From Dehalococcoidia bacterium (lineage in GTDB: Bacteria; Chloroflexota; Dehalococcoidia; Lucifugimonadales; CAUZJF01): a stretch of DNA of 64,000 nucleotides. Positions 25,912 to 35,580 of the stretch are shown here, piece after piece. Location: assembly GCA_965248605.1 (NCBI GenBank), contig CBDFJV010000006.1:9513-73512 (forward strand). Direction: 5' to 3'. The notes under the pieces are model-generated. The model ran no database searches, was not told the origin of the DNA, and saw only the letters and a list, made by a program, of their open reading frames with translations. Every line of letters starts with the position of its first letter. The stretch's first letter is position 1. A program made the translations under genes and the position numbers.

Positions 25912-27063
25912 ATGAAAGCAGTCGTCTACAAGAAGCCGTTCGAGGTCGCGGTCGAGACCGTTGCGGACCCGAAGATCGATCACCCCAACGACGCGATCGT
26001 CAAGATCACGTCGTCCTGTATTTGCGGCTCCGACCTCCACATGTACGAAGGCCGGACCGCCGCCCAGCCCGGGATCGTGTTCGGGCACGAGAACATGGGG
26101 GTAGTAGAGGAGGTCGGGTCAGCGGTCAAGGAGCGCAAGGTCGGCGACCGCGTGGTCATGCCCTTCAACGTCGCCTGCGGGTTTTGCAAAAACTGCCAGC
26201 GCGGCTTCACGGGCTTCTGCACGACCGTGAACCCAGGGTTCGCGGGCGGGGCCTACGGGTACGTCGCGATGGGACCGTGGGTCGGTGGACAGGCGGAGTA
26301 CCTTCTAGTGCCATTCGCCGATTTCAACTGCCTCGTGTTGCCTGGAGGCGACCAGAACGAGGCCGACTATGCACTACTCGCTGACATCTTTCCGACCGGG
26401 TACCACGGCGCGGAGCTGGCCGACGTAAGTCCCGGAGAGAGCGTGGCGGTGTACGGCGCGGGACCCGTCGGCCTGATGGCGGCCTATAGCTGCGTGCTCA
26501 GGGGCGCGGCTGAAGTGTACTCGGTCGACCACGTCAAGGAGCGTCTAAACAAAGCGGCCGAAATCGGCGCGATCCCGATCAACTACGACGAGGGCAATCC
26601 CGTCCAGCAGATTCAGGAGCGACGCGACGGCGAAGGCACCGACAAGGGCATCGACGCCGTGGGATATCAGGCCACCTCGGCGGGCTCGTCGGCCGCGGGC
26701 GGCGAGCAGGACGAGGTGCCTAACATCGTCTTGAACCAGATTATCGATACCGTTGCCCCAACAGGCGCGCTGGGGATACCTGGGCTGTACGTCCCGTCGG
26801 ACCCGGGTGGGGTCGACGAGGGCGCGAAACGCGGTGCGCTGTCCATCAACTTCGGCAAGCTATTCGAGAAGGGCCTGCGGCTCGGCACCGGCCAATGCAA
26901 CGTCAAACGATACAACGCGTATCTGCGAGACCTGATCACGGTCGGCAAGGCCAAGCCGAGCTTTGTGGTGTCACACGAAGTGTCGCTGGAGGACGCTCCC
27001 GGGGCGTACCGCAAGTTCGACCGCCGGGAGGACGGCTACACTAAGGTGATCTTGCAGCCATAG
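25912..27063 (+). CDS. Zinc-dependent alcohol dehydrogenase, glutathione-independent formaldehyde dehydrogenase-like
   Basis: CICGSDLHMYEG, GHENMG and the structural-zinc cysteines CGFCKNC are present, as is the Rossmann motif GAGPVG. Confidence 0.85.
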   Translation: MKAVVYKKPFEVAVETVADPKIDHPNDAIVKITSSCICGSDLHMYEGRTAAQPGIVFGHENMGVVEEVGSAVKERKVGDRVVMPFNVACGFCKNCQRGFTGFCTTVNPGFAGGAYGYVAMGPWVGGQAEYLLVPFADFNCLVLPGGDQNEADYALLADIFPTGYHGAELADVSPGESVAVYGAGPVGLMAAYSCVLRGAAEVYSVDHVKERLNKAAEIGAIPINYDEGNPVQQIQERRDGEGTDKGIDAVGYQATSAGSSAAGGEQDEVPNIVLNQIIDTVAPTGALGIPGLYVPSDPGGVDEGAKRGALSINFGKLFEKGLRLGTGQCNVKRYNAYLRDLITVGKAKPSFVVSHEVSLEDAPGAYRKFDRREDGYTKVILQP

Positions 27064-27098
27064 TATCCCCGTCCTCTCATTCGGCTGATCGACGCCGC

Positions 27099-27770
27099 AT
27101 CGCGGTAGTCCTGGACTTCGACGGTACGCTTGTTCTCCAGGACGTCGGTGAGACACTGCTGGACGAGTTCGCCTCCCCCGAATGGCGAACGGAGGACGCC
27201 CACTTTCGTTCCGGTGCGATCTCGTTCAAGGATCTTATCCAGCGCGAGTTCGGCTACCTTCCATCTTCAAAACGGGATGAGATCGTCGGGTTCGCACTTG
27301 CCGAAGCATCCATTCGCCCCGGCGCACTGGACCTGGTCGACTTCTGCAGGGCCAAAAACGTTCCCCTGGAGCTGGTGTCAGGGGGCCTCGACCTGTACAT
27401 CACGCCTCTGCTGCACGAGTTTGGAATGGATGATATCCCCGTCCGGAGTTGGGTAGCCGACTTCGATCGAGGCGATTTCGTCGTCCCGACATATCCACCC
27501 GACGTCGAGGTCTGCGAGAGAGTCGGCGTCTGCAAGTGCTCCCGAGTCTGGCACTACCAGAAGAAAGGCTACACGGTCCTGTTTGCCGGCGACGGGTCTT
27601 CCGACCAGTGCGTTGTGGGCGAGGCAGATCGGGCCTACGCCCGCTCGTCGCTGGCGGCCTACTGCGACCGGACCGGCATCGAGTACACGCCATTTGAGAC
27701 ATTCGACAGAATTCTGGACGACCTCAGACTCGCGATCGCGGCACCGGTCGACGATGAAGGCGGGTTGTAG
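27099..27770 (+). CDS. HAD-superfamily phosphatase (MtnX-like); start codon unresolved
   Basis: The frame reads IAVVLDFDGTL (HAD motif I) ... GGLD ... FAGDGSSD (motif IV). This frame is open from 27045 but contains no ATG/GTG/TTG before 27375. Confidence 0.6.
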   Translation: MAVVLDFDGTLVLQDVGETLLDEFASPEWRTEDAHFRSGAISFKDLIQREFGYLPSSKRDEIVGFALAEASIRPGALDLVDFCRAKNVPLELVSGGLDLYITPLLHEFGMDDIPVRSWVADFDRGDFVVPTYPPDVEVCERVGVCKCSRVWHYQKKGYTVLFAGDGSSDQCVVGEADRAYARSSLAAYCDRTGIEYTPFETFDRILDDLRLAIAAPVDDEGGL

Positions 27771-29454
27771 TGCCGACGTCCAAGAGCTCCTATTCAGTCG
27801 TCGTCGATTACAACGTCCCCGCTACGATGCGCGACGGGACAGTCCTGCGCGCCGACGTCTACCGACCGAAGGCCCAGGGCAAGTACCCGGTCCTCGTCGA
27901 GAGGACCCCGTACAGCAAGGAGCGGGACCCAGACAAGGGCACCCGACTCTCAGAACGGGGTTTCGTATATGTTGCGCAGGACGTCCGCGGCCGATATGCG
28001 TCCGACGGCGAGTTTGGCGCCGGCTTCTTCCGCGCTGAGCACACCGACCCGGAAGACGGCTACGACACCGTCGAATGGGCCGCCGCCCTGCCCTATTCCA
28101 ACGGCAACGTCGGCACGGTCGGCACGTCATACGCCGGCTGGACTCAGATGGAGCTGGCCCACGCTCGACCTCCGAACCTGAAGGCGATAATGCCGCAGGC
28201 CATCGCGGCCAACCTCCTCGACCGCGAGATGAGCGGGGTGCTGCGGCTCGGTAGGGTCCTGTGGTGGAAATCAACACCCTCGCCCCAGACCAGCGCAGAC
28301 GCGCCAACGCGCCATCCGGCACCAGGGACACCGACGAAGCCGAAAGGCTCTGGGCCGAGCGGGACCGCAGCAAGTGGCTCTGGTTCCTGCCCCTCAAGGA
28401 CATCCCCGACGACGCGATGTTTGGGTTGGGGCCTCACTGGCGACACTGGCTCGACAACCACGCCGTCGACAACTTTAGGTTCGAGGCCAAGCACCGGGAA
28501 ATCGAGGTCCCAGCTCTCGTCACGACGGGCTGGTACGACCAGCAGATCGGCTCGATCAAGAACTTCACCGGAATGGTCGAGAATGCGGGAACGAAGCACG
28601 CCCGGACTAGTTCGCGGCTCATCGTCGGACCCTGGACCCACGTCGGGCCAGACTTCGGACGGACCATCGGCCGGCTGGACTTCGGCGCAGATGCGGCCCG
28701 GGACTACTACGATATCGTCGACCGGTGGTTCGGCCACTGGCTCAACGGCGATGGCACGAACCTCGACGACTGGCCCCGCGTCCAGCTTTTCGTCATGGGA
28801 GCGAACCGCTGGCGCTACGAGGACGAGTGGCCGGTCAAGGGCACCCGGTACACTGAATTCTTCATCCACGGCGGCGGCGGCCTCTCGAAGGAGCCACCGG
28901 GAGATGAACCGCCGGACGAGTACGTCTACGACCCAAGAGACCCGGTGATGACTCTTTACTCACCCGCCGGCCAGAGCGAGCCCCACGATCAGCGGCTTCT
29001 CGACGAGCGGACAGACGTCCTCAGGTACGCAACTCCGCCCCTGGAACAGCCGGTCGAGGTCACGGGACCCATTACGATGAAGCTATGGGCCGCGTCATCT
29101 GTACTGGACACGGACTTCGTCGTCAAGCTGATGGACGTCTGGCCCGACGGCTTCACCCAGGAGCTCTGTTACGGCATCGTGAGGGCGCGGTACCGCGAGT
29201 CGTTCGAGCAGCCGTCGCTACTCGAGCCGGGCCGTCCCTATGAATTCACGATCGCCGTAAACCCAACCAGCAACCTGTTCAAGACCGGCCATCGGATACG
29301 GGTCGACGTGTCGAGCAGCGATTTCCCGAATTTCGATCGCAACCACAACACGGCCGGAGACGACTACGCGGAATCGACGCTCGTCACGGCCAGACAGACC
29401 GTATTCCATGATCGGGAGCATCCATCCCGGATCATACTACCGGTAATGCCGTAA
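27770..29454 (+). pseudogene. CocE/NonD-family hydrolase (X-Pro dipeptidyl-peptidase S15-like), frameshifted
   Basis: ORFs 27770..28948 and 28261..29454 carry the N-terminal (..VAQDVRGRYASDGEF..GTSYAGW) and C-terminal (..GPWTH..) parts. The frames join with a 1-nt change near GGAAATC at 28266..28271. Confidence 0.75.
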
Positions 29455-29526
29455 CCGACGGAGGCAATGTTCTTTGGACTGTCATTCCGAGCCCCGCGAG
29501 GAATCTAAGGACCAACCCGAAGTCCA

Positions 29527-29856
29527 TTGAACCAGTACTACGTCTACATCCTCACCAATGCCAAGAGGACTCTCTACACGGGTGTGACGAACGACCTCGT
29601 ACGCCGAGTGTGTACGAGCACAGACAGAAACTCGTTGGTGGGTTCACGAAGCGATACAACATCACATGGCTAGCGTACTACGAGGTTACCCAGCGAAGTC
29701 GGTTCTGCGATCGCCAGAGAGAAACAGATCAAGGGCTGGCGCCGTTCGAGGAAAGAGACCCTGATCGAGTCAGTCAACCCTCAATGGAAGGATCTGGCTG
29801 TGGATTGGTACGATCCGCCAATCGAGTCCTTAGACCCTTCGCTTCGCTCAGGGTGA
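29527..29856 (+). pseudogene. GIY-YIG nuclease pseudogene inside a hairpin-bounded unit (29481..29857)
   Basis: (TTG)NQYYVYILTNAKRTLYTGVTNDLVRRV / YEHRQKLVGGFTKRYNITWLAYYEVT / SAIAREKQIKGWRRSRKETLIESVNPQWKDLAVDWY is readable only across two frameshifts. It is flanked by the same 5' and 3' hairpins as the intact copy. Confidence 0.75.
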
Positions 29857-29921
29857 CAAAGCGGAGCTGGCGGGCTGTCGCATCGATCTGACCGACCCTG
29901 CGGGGTCGTTAGAGGGCGGTG

Positions 29922-29999
29922 TGGGGTGAGCGAAGGGATTCGAACCCTCGATCTCCAGGGCCACAACCTGGCGCCTTAACCAACTTGGCCACGCTCACC
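29922..29999 (-). tRNA. tRNA-His (GTG), with encoded G-1 and CCA
   Basis: A manual cloverleaf gives acceptor GTGAGCG/CGCTCAC, anticodon stem CCAGG/CCTGG with loop TTGTGGC, and T-arm GAGGG-TTCGAAT-CCCTT. An extra 5' G pairs with C73, and a 3' CCA is encoded. Confidence 0.9.
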
Positions 30000-30100
30000 A
30001 CGAGGACAGGCAAAGTCTAGCACCAGCGTTCGTAGCCGGTCAACGTGGCGAGGACGGCGTTCGCGGTTGTCCGAGCCGATTCGGACTATCTAGGGGTGCG

Positions 30101-30421
30101 CTACCCTGCGCCGGCGGCGCGCTTATCGGCGGACTTTGAGGTAAGGGCGTCGAGGAGGTCGGAAACGAGGATGTCCTGCTTGGTGTGGTGACGGAGAGGG
30201 AGATCCGGGTCGACGCGATATACGTTCTTGCGCCCAACGCGACGTCGTTCGATGTACCCCACACTTTCGAGGTCCGAGATGATCTTATGCGTCGTCCGTT
30301 CGGTGACCCCTATGTGGTTCGAGATCTCCCTGGCCGTGTGACTCGGGTTGTGCGCCAGATAGCTGAGCACGAGTCCGTGGTTGGTGACTAGAGTCCAGGA
30401 CCGGGTTGTCATAGCCGGCAA
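30101..30421 (-). CDS. Winged helix-turn-helix transcriptional regulator (ArsR/MarR-like)
   Basis: LVLSYLAHNPSHTAREISNHIGVTERTTHKIISDLESVGYIERRRVGRKNVY has the wHTH pattern. Confidence 0.7.
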   Translation of the reverse strand: MPAMTTRSWTLVTNHGLVLSYLAHNPSHTAREISNHIGVTERTTHKIISDLESVGYIERRRVGRKNVYRVDPDLPLRHHTKQDILVSDLLDALTSKSADKRAAGAG

Positions 30422-30570
30422 CCTCGCTGATGAACTGCGTTCTTTCCGCCGAAAGCATTAATCGACCTGATCAATGGCCAAAAGATCAAAAACGAACTGT
30501 ACGAACCAATGAGACCGCGAGGGGTCGGGTACCCGTATATCATGAAAGGTCAGGTCTTGGCAAGATTCCG

Positions 30571-31993
30571 TATTCACTCATCTAAAATGTTACCGAGGCG
30601 GTTACAGTTCACTCAAGTAATAATGTTACTGGGGGAACGATGCCAGCCGAAGAGGAGATGACGATAGATGAGCGACGAAAGTATCTGAAGCGTATGAGAG
30701 AACGGTACTGGGGTGCTGATCGAAGGAGACGGAGTGAGCTGCTGAACGAGATGGAGGCGGTGACGGGTTTGCACCGCAAGAGCCTGATCCGGTTGGTGCG
30801 GGCCCGGACGTTGAATCGTAAGCGCCGGCGCCGAGTGAGAGGCCGAACGTACGGTCCGGAGGTTGAGGATGCTATCAGAGTGGTGTGGGAGAGCTTGGAC
30901 TATATATGCGCCGAGCGTGTGACCCCGGCCTTAGTGCCGACAGCGCGACACCTTGAGCACTTCGGGGAGTTGGTCCTAACGGCGGATCTGGTGGCACAGT
31001 TGGCTCGGATCAGTCGGGCGACGGTACAACGGCTCATGGGCAAGCTGAGCCAGGACACGCCTCGCCTGCCTCGACGAGGACCGGAGCGTGCCAATCGCCT
31101 AACAAAGGCGGTCCCCATGGGAAGGCTACCCTGGGAGACGAGTGAGCCAGGACACTTCGAGGTGGATCTGGTACACCATTGCGGCCCTGCAGCAGCAGGG
31201 GAGTACGTTCATACCTTGCAGTTGGTGGATGTGGCCACGGGCTGGAGCGAGCGAGTGGCCGTGCTGGGGCGCAACCAGCAGGCCATGGAAGATGGCTTTC
31301 GGAGGGTCATGAAGCGCTTGCCCTTCCCAATTCTCCAGTTGCATCCCGATAACGGCAGCGAGTTCTTCAATGACCATATGATCCGCTTCTGGGGTGAGCA
31401 GATCGTTGGTCTGAAGCTGAGCCGGAGTCGGCCCTACCGCAAGAACGATAACCGCATCGTCGAGCAAAAGAACGACACCCTGGTGCGTGCCTACCTGGGC
31501 TACGACCGAATAGACACTGCGGTCCAGTGTGAGGCTCTCAACGCCCTCTACGACCAGATGTGGGTCTACTACAACCTCTTCCAGCCGGTGATGCACTTGG
31601 CGGGCAAAGTCATTGTCGATGGTCGGCTCAAGCGCCGCTGGGATCAGGCGTGCACACCCTATGACCGGCTGTCGGACAGTGGGGTGCTCGGGCCGCGCCA
31701 ACAGGCCCACCTGGCCTCCATGTACTCCCAGACGAACCCACGCCGACTTCGCCAGAAGATATATCAAGAGCTAGAACGGATATTGGAGCATCCAAAGCCG
31801 CAACGAAACCAGCGCCAACTCGTCAGTGCCCTTGCCTCTTAAGCCAACCACCGTAGGCACGGCCTAATGTGACCCGGTCCTTAAGCAAACCGCCGTTGGA
31901 GAAAGGAGTGAGGCCGGCCTCCCGGTAACATTTTCATTTGAGTGAACTGTCGAAAAATCTGCCCCTTCGGTAACATTCTTATTTGAGTTGACA
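30571..31993 (+). mobile_element. Insertion sequence with a single rve-type transposase and doubled subterminal repeats
   Basis: Each end carries two copies of a ~26-29-bp motif containing AATGTTACCG. On the left they are at 30573..30598 and 30604..30632; on the right, inverted, at 31922..31950 and 31964..31993. No clear target duplication was identified. Confidence 0.75.
30640..31842 (+). CDS. DDE transposase with integrase (rve) catalytic core; family not assigned
   Basis: An N-terminal HTH region is followed by a core with ..VDLVHH.., LHPDNGSEF and ..KNDNRIVEQKN.. in a D-D-E arrangement. Confidence 0.8.
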   Translation: MPAEEEMTIDERRKYLKRMRERYWGADRRRRSELLNEMEAVTGLHRKSLIRLVRARTLNRKRRRRVRGRTYGPEVEDAIRVVWESLDYICAERVTPALVPTARHLEHFGELVLTADLVAQLARISRATVQRLMGKLSQDTPRLPRRGPERANRLTKAVPMGRLPWETSEPGHFEVDLVHHCGPAAAGEYVHTLQLVDVATGWSERVAVLGRNQQAMEDGFRRVMKRLPFPILQLHPDNGSEFFNDHMIRFWGEQIVGLKLSRSRPYRKNDNRIVEQKNDTLVRAYLGYDRIDTAVQCEALNALYDQMWVYYNLFQPVMHLAGKVIVDGRLKRRWDQACTPYDRLSDSGVLGPRQQAHLASMYSQTNPRRLRQKIYQELERILEHPKPQRNQRQLVSALAS

Positions 31994-33487
31994 CGGATTC
32001 ATGACCAGTCCGACCAGCGTACGGACTGGCACGCCGGTGGCACCTTTCGTCTTGTAGCCCTTGACGCCATCGGACCGCGCGGTGCCCGCGATGTCGAGAT
32101 GCGCCCAGGAGGCCTCGCCGGCGAACTCGCCGATGATCTGTGCGCCGGTGACCGATCCGGCGGCCCGTCCCCCGGTGTTCTTGATGTCGGCAACATCGCT
32201 CTTGTACTGCTCCTTGTAGTCGTCGAGCACGGGCATCTGCCAGGTTCTCTCACCCACTTCGCCGCCCGCCTCGATTACCTGGTCGACCAGGTTCTGATCG
32301 TTCCCGAAGACGCCGGTGTACACCTTACCTAGAGCCGTCACCATCGCGCCGGTCAGGGTGGCGACGTCGACGAGCCTCGGCAACCCCAACGAGCTGGCAT
32401 ACGCCACGGCGTCGGCCAGCACGAGCCGCCCCTCGGCGTCGGTGTTGTCGATCTCGATGGTCTTGCCGTTCATGGCCTTGACGACATCGCCCGGCCGTTG
32501 CGCACCACCACCCGGCATGTTTTCGGTGGCAGGGACGATGGCCGTCACGTTGATCCTGGGCTTGAACTTGCTGATGGCCTGCATGGCCGAAATCACAGCG
32601 GCACCACCGGCCATGTCGGTCTTCATTTCGCCCATGTTCGCCGCGGGTTTGATCGAGATCCCACCGGTGTCAAAGGTGATCCCCTTGCCCAGAAGGCCGA
32701 TGCTGTTCGACTCGTCCGACGGATCACCCTTGTATCGGAGCACGATCAGCTTTGGGGGCTCACGACTGCCCTGAGCGACCCCGAGAAAGGCGCCCATGCC
32801 CATCTTGGCAATGCCGTCTCGCTCGAACACCTCTATCTCCAGTCTACCCGACCTGGCCACCTCTAACGCGACCTCGGCCATCTGTGTCGGCGTCATATGA
32901 TTGGCCGGCTCGTTGACCATGTCGCGGCACATGACCGTCGCTTCGGCCAGGACCGACCCTTCTTGCACTCCCCGCTCGAGCTCCTCCACCTTGCTCGCGT
33001 CGTGCTCGACGACGGTTAGCTCGTCGAGCCGGCGCGATTCGCCGTTGGAGGACTTGTACTTGTCGAACCGGTAAAGGCCAAGGATAGAGCCCTCGGCGAT
33101 AGACCGGCCTGAGGACTTCGTGTCCATACCACCGATTCCGGCCCCGTGGGCTATCGTAGCCGCCGAACTGCCGGGTAGTTCTCTAAGCCGTCGGCACGTG
33201 TCGGCCGAGACGGCCCGAACCGTCTCCTCATCGAAGTCTTCTTGCTTGCCGAGACCAGCAACAAGCACCCGGTCCGCAGGCATCCTGCCGAAGGCGTGAA
33301 TCAGGGTCAGCTCGCCCCGCTTGCCTTTAATCTCGCCCTGTTCGATAAGCGTCGAGATGGCGCCTTCGAGCATCGTGTCTACGGCCCCCGTCGCACCGCC
33401 GGGGCTCGTGACTCCCTCGAAAAGGTTGACAACGACAGCGCCTACCTTCTGTTTGGTGATGTCGCCCGAAACGACTTTTATTTCCAT
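31979..33487 (-). CDS. pepA: Leucyl aminopeptidase (M17)
   Basis: NTDAEGRLVLADA and GKGITFDTGG are M17 signatures. The start is placed at the ATG at 33487 (MEIKVVSGD). The last four codons and the stop lie inside the IS right end. Confidence 0.9.
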   Translation of the reverse strand: MEIKVVSGDITKQKVGAVVVNLFEGVTSPGGATGAVDTMLEGAISTLIEQGEIKGKRGELTLIHAFGRMPADRVLVAGLGKQEDFDEETVRAVSADTCRRLRELPGSSAATIAHGAGIGGMDTKSSGRSIAEGSILGLYRFDKYKSSNGESRRLDELTVVEHDASKVEELERGVQEGSVLAEATVMCRDMVNEPANHMTPTQMAEVALEVARSGRLEIEVFERDGIAKMGMGAFLGVAQGSREPPKLIVLRYKGDPSDESNSIGLLGKGITFDTGGISIKPAANMGEMKTDMAGGAAVISAMQAISKFKPRINVTAIVPATENMPGGGAQRPGDVVKAMNGKTIEIDNTDAEGRLVLADAVAYASSLGLPRLVDVATLTGAMVTALGKVYTGVFGNDQNLVDQVIEAGGEVGERTWQMPVLDDYKEQYKSDVADIKNTGGRAAGSVTGAQIIGEFAGEASWAHLDIAGTARSDGVKGYKTKGATGVPVRTLVGLVMNPCQLK

Positions 33488-33623
33488 TGTTCTCGTTAGA
33501 CCAGTCTGTAGGGATGGCGGGCGCATTATACGGTACAGCGCCCTGCCTAACCATACGACGGTCCTCTGCTATAATTCGACCCGTCTCCAAGCTTCCAATT
33601 TCGGCCCCATCCAGGAGAATTCG

Positions 33624-34916
33624 GTGCCAGACATCAAGATCGATTCCGCGCAGCAGACGGTCCTCGATAAAGCACAAAGGCTGCTACCGGGCGGTAGCAA
33701 CGGCAATACGATCACGATGGACGTCGTGATTCGCGACGGCCGTGGAGCGCGGGTCTGGGATCTGAGTGGGAACGAGTATGTCGACTATGCTCTGGGCTCC
33801 GGACCGATGTTGGTCGGGCATGCCCACCCTGAGGTCGTCGAAGCTGTAATAGAGCAGATCGAGCACGGGAGCACGTTCTTCGGCTTGAACGACCAGGCCA
33901 TCCGCCTCGCCGAGGAGATCGTCGACGCAGTGCCGTGTGCGGAGCAGGTCCGGTTTACGAGTACGGGGTCCGAGGCAACCTTCTTCTGCATGCGAGTGGC
34001 CCGGGCCTACCGACAGCGCGACAAGATACTCAAGTTCGAGGGCGGCTATCACGGGATGAACGACTACGCGCTCATGAGTATGGCTCCGCACGACGCGCCC
34101 GACTTCCCGGACGCCAAGCCCGATTCCGCGGGCATACCCGAGACGCTCCTGTCGGAGACTCTTATCGCTCCGTTCAACGACTTGGAAACCGCGACGGCGC
34201 TCATCGAGCGTTACCACGACGAGCTCGCGGGAGTGATATTGGAGCCCGTCCAGCGGGTCCTGCCGCCGCGGCCCGGATTCCTCGAAGGGCTGCGAGAGGT
34301 AACGCGCCAGTTCGAGATCCCGTTAATCTATGACGAGATCGTGACCGGATTCCGGCTAGCCTACGGTGGCGCCCAGGAGTACTACGGCGTCGAGCCTGAT
34401 CTGTGCGCGCTCGGCAAGGTGATCGGCGGCGGATACCCCCTTGCCGCCGTGGCCGGCCGCAAGGAGATCATGGACCACTTCGACGCAGACAAAGTCGACA
34501 AGAGCAGCTGGGTGATGCAGGAAGGAACACTCAACGGCAATCCGGTCGCCGCCGCCGCAGGGCTGGCAACTTTGCGAATCCTGAAGCGTGAAGGTGTCTA
34601 CGAGCGGCTGTTCCATACCAGCGAAACGATCAGATCGGAGCTGCAGCGCCTCCTGTACGAAGCCGAGATTCCAGCGCAGGTGTCGGGCGTGGGCCCTATG
34701 TTCGACGCTCTGTTCCAGGAAGGCGAAGCCATCGACTACCGCTCAGTGATGGACCGCGATTCTCAGAAAACGATGCGACTTAACCGGCTGCTGCTCGAGC
34801 GCGGCGTTTACAAGAACGACACCAAGGTCTACGTCTCGACGGCCCACGGCGACGAGGAGGTCGAGCTGACTGTAGACGCGTTCAAGTCGGCCATCCAGCA
34901 GCTCGCGACCGAATAG
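33624..34916 (+). CDS. Class III aminotransferase (glutamate-1-semialdehyde aminomutase-like)
   Basis: LLPGG, GSEATFFCMRVARAY, FEGGYHG, YDEIVTGFR and GKVIGGGYPL are present. The GTG at 33624 is preceded by AGGAGA; the longest ORF (from 33321) overlaps pepA antisense. Confidence 0.85.
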   Translation: MPDIKIDSAQQTVLDKAQRLLPGGSNGNTITMDVVIRDGRGARVWDLSGNEYVDYALGSGPMLVGHAHPEVVEAVIEQIEHGSTFFGLNDQAIRLAEEIVDAVPCAEQVRFTSTGSEATFFCMRVARAYRQRDKILKFEGGYHGMNDYALMSMAPHDAPDFPDAKPDSAGIPETLLSETLIAPFNDLETATALIERYHDELAGVILEPVQRVLPPRPGFLEGLREVTRQFEIPLIYDEIVTGFRLAYGGAQEYYGVEPDLCALGKVIGGGYPLAAVAGRKEIMDHFDADKVDKSSWVMQEGTLNGNPVAAAAGLATLRILKREGVYERLFHTSETIRSELQRLLYEAEIPAQVSGVGPMFDALFQEGEAIDYRSVMDRDSQKTMRLNRLLLERGVYKNDTKVYVSTAHGDEEVELTVDAFKSAIQQLATE

Positions 34917-35061
34917 GGCGGCCAAGTCGACACTGCCCTTCTCCTTTCCGCCGGCCGTAGGAGTTCCGTCTTCGTCGGCGAAAGCTTCACCAGAACATGA
35001 CGTGATTTTCCGGAGTTCATCATCTTGATACGGTTTGGGCGAAAAAGTGCTACAAAAGTCC

Positions 35062-35090
35062 TTGACAAGCTACACGGTTCCCAATATGGT
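35062..35090 (+). promoter_or_regulatory. Candidate sigma70-type promoter in a 660-bp ORF-free spacer
   Basis: TTGACA at 35062..35067, a 17-nt spacer, then TATGGT at 35085..35090. Confidence 0.35.
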
Positions 35091-35332
35091 TCTGGTATCG
35101 GGGGCTCGGAAAAAGACGTAGTTGGATTTCTGGTAGTTCTGGGCCCGGCAGCCGTGCAGCCTCTGCGTTTGGAGCTCCTTACCGGCACGCAGTAGGGTTG
35201 CTCGGAAGCCCGCTAGCCGCGAGACCGAGTCTAGCTAAGTCTACACTCCACGAGCGGCAGGGCAGCCGGCGCTACGATCAACCTCGTCCGTACGTGACTG
35301 TCTCCGTGTAGGACCCACTTTGTCGGGGTACG

Positions 35333-35463
35333 CTAGTGGTCCAACATCCTAGTATTGAAGGGTTCTGAGGTTACGGCTTGGTAGGGGCGGGTTTGAAACC
35401 CGCCCTGTCGTCGTAGCACGCCAATCTCGGCTACCCCTCATTTCAAAGATTTCGGTCTACTAG
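35333..35463 (-). repeat. 131-bp MITE-like repeat, copy 4
   Basis: Full-length copy in the same orientation as copy 1. Confidence 0.9.
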
Positions 35464-35580
35464 CTTGGAACCGCCTTCTGACAGGGTGCCCTGGAATCGA
35501 AGTCTTCCGGTCCTACACTTTTTTCGAAACGCCGGCCGCGCTTCTCGAGGCGCGCACCAGTCGGCCACAAGAGGTGACAC

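Noticed and set aside
35097-35332. Assignment of the ORF-free transcript region to tmRNA, SRP RNA, RNase P RNA or a known riboswitch (guanidine-I/ykkC was the closest by eye)
   Set aside because: The diagnostic conserved motifs of these classes are absent or only loosely matched. It is kept only as an unassigned candidate.
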